Assembly: GCA_010093815.1 (NCBI GenBank) | Contig: ML996568.1 | From: Pseudovirgaria hyperparasitica | Lineage: Eukaryota | Strand: one strand, 5' to 3' | Length of the DNA stretch: 64,000 bases | Part shown: positions 36,820-47,469 of the stretch, piece after piece | Layout of the letters: every line of letters begins with the position of its first letter | How positions within the stretch are numbered: position 1 is the stretch's first letter | Translations under genes and position numbers: made by a program | The notes under the pieces: generated by a model | The model's input: the letters and a program-made list of their open reading frames with translations, nothing else | The model's database searches: none | What the model was told of the DNA's origin: nothing

Positions 36820-39612
36820 TCTATATCTATACGTGCTACCTAAGGGTAAAATAATAGTAATATAGGCTATAGGCTAATAGGTATACCCTATAGCTATATA
36901 CTTAAGATAAAATAGAGGTTTAACGAGATATAGTTATAGATATAAGGAAGTTTTTCCCTATAGGGTTTCTTCTTATATAGTGGCTTAGACTAGAGAAGGT
37001 ATAGGCCTATAGAGTACTACTCTACCTAGTTATATAATATTATTATTATTATTATTATAGTATATACTTAGTAAGTCTCGGGTATCCCTTAATCCGAACG
37101 CCCTATATAAAATTATATAGAGTGTTTAGATCTACTAATCTACTTAGTCTATATATTATATTCTATACGTAGATGTTATATTTTATACATGTACACGTCA
37201 CATTTTGTACGTATAAATACGCACAAATACGCATTTATACACTGGACGCTTGAGAAACCCTCCTTACGAGCAGTGTGACGGGAGCCTGGCGTTCCTTGCG
37301 GCCCCTTGATTGGCACTCTTGGGCTTACCCGCATTCCTGGATAGTCGGCCCCGCCAGTGCACACGTTAATAAAGCGGGCGGCTCTACCCATAATAAACCA
37401 GCCCGCGTAGAACGCCATACGGCTATCAGGCCAAAGGGCCTCCTCGCCTTCGAAAATGCGTGCAGCCTTGGGTGCATCGACTCAAGTGACTGACACTTAT
37501 CTTGCGGATAGGCCTTCAACCTAGATCTTTCGTATAAAAATTCGGCAAAATCGTCGATATACTAGCGCTTCACCCCCTCAAACTTCGACCGGCTAGTTAC
37601 TGCAGTGCATCACTAAACGCCATCTCCTGCAGCGGACAATACTGGTATAGCCCATAGTGATCTCGGTAATAATCGTCACCTTACTGCTCTTGCTGAGGCG
37701 ACTCACCTTGGGACAGATTGCCTCTTTCCTACGAGGCGACTTCAGTCGTGGGGTTTCTACTTGAACGCCCTGCCTGCTGCCATACACCTACCGCACCAAG
37801 GATCAACGTAATAATGCTAACCGCATAGTCAACATCTACGCCGTACGCAGATGTTCTAATGCCTGTGCAGATATCTATATCTGAGAAAAATGATTATACT
37901 AGGACGAGTGATATGTTACAACAAATCAGACGCGTCTTTAGTTGCCTTATGGTCTTATTCCCTGAGCAGGACTCCTTGTTTTGTGTTTCTCTGTCTCATA
38001 TCATCTCTTACATTTGGATCATTCAATACCTCGTTAGCGCGCTTCCTGTTCGCTTATACTTATTCGAGTGATTTTGAAGTAATTGAGGGCATTCAAACGT
38101 ATTGTGTTATGGAGTGTGTCGAGAACAAAGTCCAAGAAACTCGGTCGGAAACTATTTAACCGGAGAGACACTAGTCTCAATCGGGCAGTCATTACCCCTC
38201 ACGTTTTCCTTGTACAATACTGTCCAATCTTGCTCATTCCGCGTCTATCGTAACCCTCGCAATCGTCCAAGTCCCATTCACTTCCATCAAGCCTTTCTTC
38301 GACTCTGTGTTTTCCTTGATTACATCCATTAATTCGTCTTACTTCCTTTTATCTCTTACCTGCGATCTTTACATGATGCGTACCTGCTTCTTATTAAAGC
38401 CGGCCCTCAGAGTAGGACGGCGCTATACTAAGGAGCAAGGGAACATACATTCAGCGTGACAGTCATGCACTCTAATTTGCTTGCCATGTCAAACGAGGCT
38501 ACTTCACTCAGACCGAGAAGATACTAACCCATGGTTTCGTCCGCCAAATTTTCCTTGACCACCTCGCCAATAGCTGCCTCGTCGCTATTCAAGTTTGCAT
38601 TTCGACGCGCAGCTTTGCAGCGCCCGTATATTACCTGCTGACCCATAACGCGTAGTAGCGGTAGTTTCCACCACAGAAGCTCGCTGCATTCATACACTAC
38701 ATTACCAGCATTCGCAATGTACGATCATCCTTGGGGACGAAACAGGGCGACGAAGCGCACGTGGAGAAATTTGTCGTCGCAATGAATTTGGCTACTGGTC
38801 TATGTATGCGCCAAACCTTCGAGGGTGAAGGGTACAAGACGAGTATGTTGCTACCGGGCGCACGGAGCGATAACCTGAGATGGATAATAGACAGTACGCT
38901 CTACGCAGAAGATAAGGTTCTGCACGAGTGGCTTGAATATCAGTGAGGTTAAGGAAGCATTGAGCCAGATATTGCATGTTTATAAGCGGATATCTATTTG
39001 AAGAGGTATGAAGTTCTTGCAACTCATCTAACAGTCCTATGGTAGTCTTTACTCCAGCCGTGCTCTGGAATATCTCACAACAAACTTCCCCGATACGTGG
39101 GCCTCAAATGATCGTATGTTTCGCCACGTTCGGAGTAACAGAGGTCGATGGTGTAATCGGCATATTTGGCCTAGTATATACCTGTCACGGAACGGCCCAC
39201 GACCCTTGTCCTTCTAGTGCCGGCGAACCCCTGTTCACCACGAATATAGAGCCGCGCCGGAGCTAAACCTTATTGAAATGGCTCGAACGTCGTGGGGCGA
39301 CAACAAGGATCTGCTTGAAGAACCGAGGTCTCCGAGAGTCAGAGGCCATTTCTAACAAGTCAATGCCATCATTTGCTTTCAAGAAGTTCTCACCCTTTCC
39401 GAGACGTCTCGGTTGCTGTGCACGACGCAAGGGGTGAGCACGCGTAACGAGTTCGTGTAACAATTCGGACTGGACTGTCTTGTCATGAGTTGTTGCTGAA
39501 AGCTGTGAAGAAATCTGGTCTATCTTCTCGTTACTCACAGGCACGTAGCCTTTACTTTGAGCTGAGAGCCCAAGTTCATCCTGAGCCACACAACGACACG
39601 TCACAGATCACA

Positions 39613-40500
39613 ATGGCCGAATCGACAAACTTCCTCGAAGCCACGGCCACTACCCAACTCACCACACACACCTACTCGGGTCTCGTTCCAGAGACGTACA
39701 GCGTCAAAGGTATCTCGCAAGGTGGCTATCTCCTGTCTCTCCTGCTCCGCGCTGCTCATCATCACTTTACGACCACACACGCCTCCCTCTCCCAACCACA
39801 TACCATTAGCATACATGCCTCGCTCCTCCGGCCCACGCCCGTCGGCCGCGTTACGATCAGTATTACCGATACCAAGATCTCACGCGGCACGAGCGTGATC
39901 CACCTCTCCCTTGCAGCATCATCAGGCAAGGAAAGCGTCGCGGCCTACATCCTTCAAGGCAACTTCGACACACTTGAAGGCGTGAGCGCAGACACCGGGT
40001 ACTTTGACACGCTAGAGAAAGTGCCGCCAAGAGGCTCCAGCGCGGAAATGCACGCAAACAAGGACCCGAACTGGAAATACGCACCTGAATACGCCGCTCA
40101 ATTCGATGTTCCCAGCATCTCATATGCAGACATGTATGTGGTGCGAGACTCCGCCGAGTCTCAATCGTCACTCTCGCGCTACTTTACGCCGTCGCGGAAA
40201 TATAATCCGGGTAATTTCTCCGCCTTTCAGATTCCTTGGCTTGCCGATATGCCGTACGTACCGGTGCTTTCGGAGGTCGCAATGTCGAAGTGGCTTGCGA
40301 CACTGACTATGACTGTTGAGATCAAGCGGCCTTTGCCAGCAGAGGGACTGGAATGGGTGTTGTGTCGGACAAGCACTGCAGGCGTAAGAAATGGTGTCGC
40401 GGACTACAATACTTGGGTGCAGAATGACAGAGGTGAGGTTCTGGCATTTGCGACACAGGTCATGCGGGTTGTAGAAAGTAAGAAGAGAAGTAAGATCTAA
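39613..40500 (+). CDS. Thioesterase-like (double HotDog) family protein, 295 aa
   Basis: Motifs GISQGGYLLSLLL, QPHTISIHASLLRPT..G, LADM, WLATLTMTVEIKRPLP..GLEW and GEVLAFATQV. ATG at 39613 in CACAATGG context. Confidence 0.85.
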   Translation: MAESTNFLEATATTQLTTHTYSGLVPETYSVKGISQGGYLLSLLLRAAHHHFTTTHASLSQPHTISIHASLLRPTPVGRVTISITDTKISRGTSVIHLSLAASSGKESVAAYILQGNFDTLEGVSADTGYFDTLEKVPPRGSSAEMHANKDPNWKYAPEYAAQFDVPSISYADMYVVRDSAESQSSLSRYFTPSRKYNPGNFSAFQIPWLADMPYVPVLSEVAMSKWLATLTMTVEIKRPLPAEGLEWVLCRTSTAGVRNGVADYNTWVQNDRGEVLAFATQVMRVVESKKRSKI

Positions 40501-41052
40501 AGATCGTCCTGAACGGAGAGAAACTCAAGACATGTCACGTGCTGAAAGTGCTCATCATATATATGTAGAATAGAACACATATCATACAAAGGCAGATGGA
40601 TGCAATATGGTTACAATTCTGACACTATGAAAGCGCTCATTAAATGACATGAGTTTAAAGTCATATCATGCACAGAGAAAGCGGTTCATCAAAAGCCAAA
40701 GTATCATAACAATGGCCTGGTGACCCAGTGATAGATCTATGAATCATATTCCTCTCTTGCATAATGAAACCTCACATTGGTCTTGGGTTTTTTCCTTTTA
40801 AGGGGCATGATAGAGTACATGACGTCCTCTGTTCCTAGAGCAAGTGTCACTGCCTCCTACTTCAAGGTCGAATTCACGTAGTTTATCAACGTATACTGCG
40901 AAATATAAATTACAAGAGCCGGATGTAAGTGTCATATATAATAGTGGAGTATATCGATAGACTTATGCAAGCAAATTGAGCACTTTAGAATGTAAGACAC
41001 TTCCAAAATCGCGAATGAAAAGAAGTCATCGAGAATAAGATTACAATGCTAT

Positions 41053-42162
41053 CTATGTGAGAGTATGCCTTGGTCTCTGATATCGAACTACACGTCGCTC
41101 TCCTACCCAATCTCTCCATACCATTTCACGAATGCGGTATACCAACAGAGCGTCGTCATCCATTGCCAGCCTAATCGTATTATCCGTGTTAACCAATACA
41201 TAAGTCTCCAGATCAGGTCTCGCCACAGGATCTTGATTCAAAGCGTACGGTGCAAACTCGCAGAAGAGAATCTTAGCCAGCTCTGTCGAATGCACATCCA
41301 AGGCTACGCAATTTGAGAAGATGCGCTGAACGTCCTTTTGAAGCCGCTCCAGAGTGAAATGCCCATCAAGTATAGTCAGTTCCTCCAGAATATAGTCCTG
41401 ATCATTAGCAAGACAGAAGAATTCCAGTGATCGCTGTTGGGTTCGCAAGAAGTACTTGCCTGGTGGTCCTACGTCAGTGGACGTGCGACTAGAAACATTC
41501 GGCGGCCATGCTCGTCGAAGAGGAATCAGGAGCTGTATCTTCTGACACGGAGGGTTGGTACAGAACATGAACTTCCATCTGCCAGCTGGCCTATTGGCAA
41601 ATTTCTGTAGCGCAACAGTATCTACGTCGGAAAAGAACGGCAGCTGCCGCATGCGTTGCATGAGCTGCATAAGTAAAGGGTTGATATAGATATCGGCCGC
41701 TGGCACAGGCTCGCCGTGTTGTTTGGCTAGATGCAGGTATTGCTGCACAGTAAGCCGCCCAAGATCAAAGTTGAACTGTCGGGGTTGTAGGAAACAGAGT
41801 AGGCCCGCTGCATGATTTCGATGATCTCGCAGGGCCTGAAAGACGAGATGACTGTCTTCTATAGCAGTGAGCGCTTCCGAGAACGTGGAAAATCGAGCTA
41901 TAAGTGTCACAATATCTGGATCTCGGAGAAGCTCTGAAGCACTGATGAGATGTTTTCGAGGACGACTCCAACCTGCAACAGGAGCTGTGCTCTCGGGAGG
42001 TGCCGTGGGAGTCGTCATGAACTCCAACACCCATCTCAAAACCGATGGTGTCAAATTTCGAAGTATCTTCGCGTTAAGTTCAAAAGAAAAATCAGAGAGC
42101 CACTGCTCCACCTCCTGTTCATTGGCGTTAAGCGTTGCTGCTGAACTCTCCTGCTCGTTCAT
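41053..42162 (-). CDS. Hypothetical protein, 369 aa
   Basis: Long ATG-initiated ORF with protein-like composition. No family recognised. Confidence 0.6.
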   Translation of the reverse strand: MNEQESSAATLNANEQEVEQWLSDFSFELNAKILRNLTPSVLRWVLEFMTTPTAPPESTAPVAGWSRPRKHLISASELLRDPDIVTLIARFSTFSEALTAIEDSHLVFQALRDHRNHAAGLLCFLQPRQFNFDLGRLTVQQYLHLAKQHGEPVPAADIYINPLLMQLMQRMRQLPFFSDVDTVALQKFANRPAGRWKFMFCTNPPCQKIQLLIPLRRAWPPNVSSRTSTDVGPPGKYFLRTQQRSLEFFCLANDQDYILEELTILDGHFTLERLQKDVQRIFSNCVALDVHSTELAKILFCEFAPYALNQDPVARPDLETYVLVNTDNTIRLAMDDDALLVYRIREMVWRDWVGERRVVRYQRPRHTLT

Positions 42163-42833
42163 AGTCTCCGATGATCTGACTCTGTTATCGTGGGATTCTG
42201 GCTTCCAGTCAGCAGCTCATATATGATATATCATATTATACTTTGTGTTCTACGGAATGATGTCTAATGAGTGTACGGAGTGAATAAGATGTGAATACGA
42301 GAAGGCACATCTTGGCCATGCTTCATTGTTTGCTACAGAGCGTCATCTGTCGAACAACAGCCTTCAGTGAGAGCTACGCGTACTGATTCTCAAGAGTCTT
42401 TCGTGGTGTGATTCTCTGAGTGACGTATGTAGGGAGCCTGCTCACCCCAAGTCTACGATCAAGGTAACTCTGGGTGACTAGTATGCGATGGTTCTCCACT
42501 TAGATGGATAGATCACGCTGCAGGGACTGTGAATATTCTTGCAGAAATTGTGGTCTCGCACCCTGAATATTCGCAGCAAGAATAATCGCATCTTCTCGCG
42601 CACAGGAGGCGGTTTCCTTTGTTGTGTGAAACGTCCGTCCTGCGCACATTTTCTCAGCATCACTTCAAATCCAAATCAATTCCGCACTCTCGAAATAGAC
42701 CCAAAACTATTGCGTACGTACGCCCCCGCTCCTTGTAATTATAAGGCACATACGCGCTAATCCTAAGTAAGTAAATTTGAGTATTTCGACTAAGCCAGAT
42801 CTATCTCTAGTAGTGTGAGCAAGCCATAAGCTG

Positions 42834-42979
42834 CACGTGACGTATGCGAGCGTCTCGGTGATTGGCTCGTATGGGTCGTACCGACAGGGGCTGAACTTTG
42901 TTTTGGCTTTCTTGTAGCTTGGCGTTACACGTGATGGATACGAGGGGCGCAGCGATTGGTTCGTACAGGGCTCGTACAG
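42834..42979. promoter_or_regulatory. Duplicated candidate cis-module (E-box CACGTGA + CCAAT + TCGTA pair)
   Basis: CACGTGA at 42834 and 42928, each followed ~20 bp later by GATTGGYTCGTA..GG.TCGTAC. Confidence 0.4.
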
Positions 42980-43525
42980 AGATAAAAATGGGGTATAGTG
43001 GTGAGAGCGGGTGAGACTGAACCGGGCTTCAGGGATATCTGTGACGAGCGCAGATGGATGGGATTTATGTAGTGCGAAATGGAAGATGTAAATGTTGTAA
43101 GACAGTCGCGGCCGCTTCCTGATGATGCATTCCTTCTTTATATATTTGTGGCCTCACGCTCTTTCTGATCTGACGATTTGGTGGTCACTGTGCTCTACCA
43201 AACTTTCCCGTTCTGTGAAATTTCGATATTGCATCTCTATTATATCAGCTCATCAAATATTCGCACCGCGGACCAGATTGCGTAGCCCCAGTATTCATAA
43301 AACGCGAACCACCATCTCTAGAAAAAAGCAGCATAGCACACGAGACCACGCGCACGAACCAAACACCACCGAACAAAGTACAACTATACTCAGCACATCT
43401 TCTCGACGGAAACAGTCCATAATACCCTTGCTCGAAATTAGCCCGTCCTACTTTAGCCTGAGCCGGCCATTCTTTGCCACGAATACTACATAATATCGAG
43501 ACGTCAGCAGGTAACCTCCACCAAG

Positions 43526-43777
43526 ATGTCCTCGGTCGCCGCTCAATTCGGGATCGTCATTGCTGTCCTTGTCGGTGCTGGTGGCGTCACAGCCGCTGGA
43601 TGTGCCATATCGTCAATCGTCGACCCTCCAAGCGACCAGACGTCATACTACAGACCAGACGCGAACCAGGCAAACTACATGAGAGAAGTACGGGAACAAA
43701 ACGTGGACATGCTAGCGCGAGAGGCTGGCATGAGAACGAAAGCAGCTATGGACAGAAGGATGAGGGAGAGCCATTAG
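43526..43777 (+). CDS. Small single-pass membrane protein, 83 aa
   Basis: CAAGATGT start context, hydrophobic N-terminal helix, and a Q.NYMREVR.QN motif resembling small fungal membrane proteins. Confidence 0.6.
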   Translation: MSSVAAQFGIVIAVLVGAGGVTAAGCAISSIVDPPSDQTSYYRPDANQANYMREVREQNVDMLAREAGMRTKAAMDRRMRESH

Positions 43778-43882
43778 AGGGAACAGGAGATGATAGAGAA
43801 AGAATGGACGGGTATAGAGGCGTTTGGGCGGAGCTTTTGTATAATTTCAGAGCTGAATATACACACCGTAACACACGTACAG

Positions 43883-45744
43883 TCAATCACAGACAAACCA
43901 CTCCTCCCAAGCCAGACCTTCCCCCACACCAGCACCAAACCGTTCCGTCTTGCCCGCTCGGATGTCTCCAGCAAACCCCCTTCCTGCCGTCATCCGCGCT
44001 GAAAACCTCCAGTTCAAATTACTTCCTATCACAATCGCACTCCACAGCCTCGTCCTCGCAAGCGGCCACCCGCGCTCATCAACCTCCGCCTCCTCAATCT
44101 ATAACGTGCGCCTTGCGACGATCGCATACTGCTCCGGATCCCACATTCCCTCGCGAGGAATGCCAGGTAAAGAGAGATAGTTGATTGCTGCGCGCCGGGT
44201 GACAGGACAACGGCATCTATACGCCACGAAATAGAGGCAAGGTATGATACTGAGCTCGAGAGTGAGATTCTCTGCAGTGTGTTCTGAGCCCTGGCCGTGT
44301 CCATGCTGCGAGGCCAAGCTTGATTCCAGACATTCCGGCTCTGCGACCAGGAACCCAGATGCAGCAAGGACAGCGCCCACACACTGTACGATGGTCTGAA
44401 ATTGCGTCTATATGCGTCGACGCCTGTCATGTCCTGGTCGAGCATGTTCGCGATTGAGATGTATGTGCACCAGTAAGCCATGCGCACGAGATACACGAAG
44501 ACAGTATCTTTAGGCGTAGTTGTGCCGGCGATACGTGTAAGGAAGAGTTCAAAGCTGGCCATCCAGTGCTCGTGCTGATCGAGCAGGAGGCGCATGTTAT
44601 ACTCGACGTCAGCGTCGGGGACTTCGATGCCGCGGGAGCGGTTGTGCTGGAGCTCACGCTCATAGAAGAGTGCTATGTTCTCCACTTCATGCAATGCGAG
44701 ACGCGCTTCCGGGAGGGTTCTGAAGATGGAGGGGTGCGCGTCTTTGAATGGAGAGGGCGCGGCGATGTAGGTTGCATGTTCTACGGGCGCGCCGTAGACG
44801 AGGGCGAGAGTAATGAGTCGGGGAAAGAAGCTTGCCAGACGGACGTCAACCTTAGTGTTGCGAGTGACAAGGGCGCGGTGGTATGCCCCAATGGTGGGTA
44901 TATCCGTGGGAGGGGTAGGAGATAGGATGGAGATGACTTTGAGGCCGGACATGAGGTGCGCAAAGGCGGTTTTGTATTCACCACGAAAGAATTCGATACA
45001 GATGAAAAGAATGCAAGTTGCAAGACCGATATCAGGGGAGTAAGATGCTTCGCTCATGCGCAATATGAGATGACGAATCGACTTGTTGTAGTGGATGAGT
45101 AATTGTCTTTGTGCTTCGCTAGTGTCTTGAAGACCTGTTCGTGCGTGCTTCGTCCTCACAGAATCCGATCTGTAGAGACATGTCAGTGCAATAATGGCAT
45201 GTCGTACTGCTGGTTCCGCGTGGGCCATTTGAAGTGATAGGCAGTACCAGAAGTCGTGGTTGAATGGTCCGGAAATAGCTTTGGAAACACAATGGTAATA
45301 GAGCTCCAAGAAATGGGCATTATTCCCTCCTCCCAGTGATTGCACCTGTCGTTCTGGAGCATGCACATGACTGATAGAGTACTTCGTTGCGTACTCGGCA
45401 AACTCATGTCGACATGTCTTCAGGACATCGTAGCCGTTACATTCACGACCGGAAATGGTACATCTACACCGGCAGCATCAGCATTAGCATCGTGATTGGG
45501 GTGGCTCGCCATACTTCATACAACTGGGTTTGGTTTCATCACATTTGACACGTCGAGCTCTACAAATGTATTGGTCAGAAGAATCGGATGTGATTAGCCC
45601 ATACTCGGTCTCTGACGTTGTGGTGCAATAGTCTTCTTCGAAGGAAAGTGAAATGTAAACCTACTTGCATGTCTTACAACCAGTCTTGACCCTCCGAGTC
45701 GGCGCAGACGCCCGCGACTTCCTCGTTCGCAGACTTAAAGACAT
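43883..45744 (-). pseudogene. Zn(II)2Cys6 transcription factor (Fungal_trans_2/DUF3468 type) with a frameshift and a premature stop
   Basis: Spliced [34 protein letters not shown]. Middle region AHAEPAVRHAIIAL. Frameshift at ~44398 and TAG at 44101-44099 inside the conserved REGMWD...R.(E)IEE segment. The natural end WEEWFVCD* is at 43883. Confidence 0.8.
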
Positions 45745-47469
45745 GGATGTAAGCCATAGAGATGGAGTTGAAAGAATAGTTGATTGTGTAGAGTCAGTGA
45801 CATCTCTATTTCGCATGAGTGTGCCGTTGCGTCAGCACTCAGGAGCGTAGTAGTTGGCCGGGAAAAGATGCTTGCCTGTTTCGAGGCCACGAATAGATGG
45901 ATTCCAATTGTAAGACGAGTCAGTCTAGCCGAACACACCAGTAACGTGATGAGTGCAGTTGCTTACAGCATGATGTGGTAATATATCACAATTTACGTGA
46001 GTATAATACACAGCACGACCCGCACTACACGATCTAAGCGCCGCAAACATATACACAGTGTTATGTCCTTTGACAAAGCTTCAGCACGCTGCTCAGATAT
46101 TAATGCGCGTAAACTTAGCCATCACCCAGTTTGTACGTCCGACACAGGAACCCTGTATCGAAGCATGTCACGCTCAGTCAATTATTTGCTTGGTGTTTAG
46201 AGCAAATAACCGGTGCACATTGCTGTACATGAAGGCTAGGCTATTACCGGGGTGTGTTTGCAGTTTTTCGACCCAACTTACCATGCCTGCTCGAAGGTCT
46301 ACCGTCATATCTGCCGAGTCGTAGGAAATCTCAGCCTGGACCGGGGCCAAAGTCGCATGCAACACCACAGATGGGACAGGGCAGAGAAAAGTGTTTTCGA
46401 AGTTGAGCTGACCTCATCCCATCTAAGTTGCAACCCGCAGTTCTTCTAACCATTGGCAGTGTTGGACCGGAAGAGAAGCTCGGCCCTTAGCTGAGGAAGA
46501 GTTTCGTTCTGCATCTGCGATAGAGGCAGCATTTCCTACATTCACGCCTAAGCCTATCAGCTAGGGCAAGTAACTATGATGACGAAAGTCAAGCTTGCTT
46601 CTTTGTCAGCGTCTACTCAGATGATTTCTCTAGAGCACGAATGTTGTGTACAAAGCTCACTGAAAAGATTGCGCCGTTGCACGAACGTGGTAAGTCTCCT
46701 GCTAGAACGTTCGCTTCCCTGGCTAAACAGTTATTGGTATTATGGAAAGTACTGTGAAATCGGAACAGATTTGGGGCATAGTTCTTCATCAGCTAGCTCG
46801 AAGATGTGATTCGATATGACACAGACATTGACGGAGGGTGGCCAGAGCTCGAAGCTCCAATCACGCAGCTCGATTTTGTGATACTCAAGTTGTTTGGTTG
46901 ATTTACAGGCTGAAGGGCCGAGTATTGAACCTGCAGTGATACATAGCGACCTGTGGTAGAGGAAAGTTGAACTGAAATGGAGACCAGCAATCTGGTTCTA
47001 TTTGATCCCGGCTGTACTTATGCTCATAACGAGCTGGATATTTGGCACATGGGGATGCTCAGGGGCTGGCTAGTTCAATTTCCCATGGTATATGCGCGTG
47101 TTTAAGCGCCATATCTAGCCTTCAGGGCCGTCAAGTGAGTGAGATGACCAACAAAGGCTATATATCATTCATCCTTAATTGATTGACTTGGATGGCCGTC
47201 CAGAAAGTGCGTCAAAGTAACTGTGCGTGGTTCTCAGGCCCAGAACCAGGAATTGCTGACAAAGGCAGTGCTTATAGAGTGTTCTGTCCTCTGTAAGAAG
47301 TATGGGCTTATCGAGACTTTGAAGAAATATGACCCATAAAAGTATATCAGTGTGACAGTATCGTACATTCCGTCGTGATAACGCATTTCAATCGAAACTC
47401 TCTGCAGCTCTCAACATGAACTGAGTTTGCTACTCTTTTTGAGCATTTGGAGATATTAGTTTGCGAGTC

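Larger units (their letters stand above)
31771..37055 (+). mobile_element. Full-length Tad1-like LINE (non-LTR retrotransposon)
   Basis: ORF1 and ORF2 motifs, (TAT)n tail from 37038, and a 15-bp TSD TATAGTATATACTTA at 31756-31770 and 37056-37070. Confidence 0.93.
1..37260. other. AT-rich, RIP-mutated transposon block
   Basis: Strong TpA excess and CpA/TpG depletion. TE reading frames are full of TAA/TAG at positions where CAA/CAG/TGG is expected. Composition returns to normal at ~37.2 kb. Confidence 0.97.

Noticed and set aside
37038..37058. (TAT)n as an independent microsatellite or telomeric repeat
   Set aside because: It is the LINE 3' tail, directly followed by the TSD.
43474..44184. 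236-aa + strand ORF
   Set aside because: Non-ATG start, overlaps the 83-aa gene in another frame and the antisense TF 3' end. Likely a shadow ORF.
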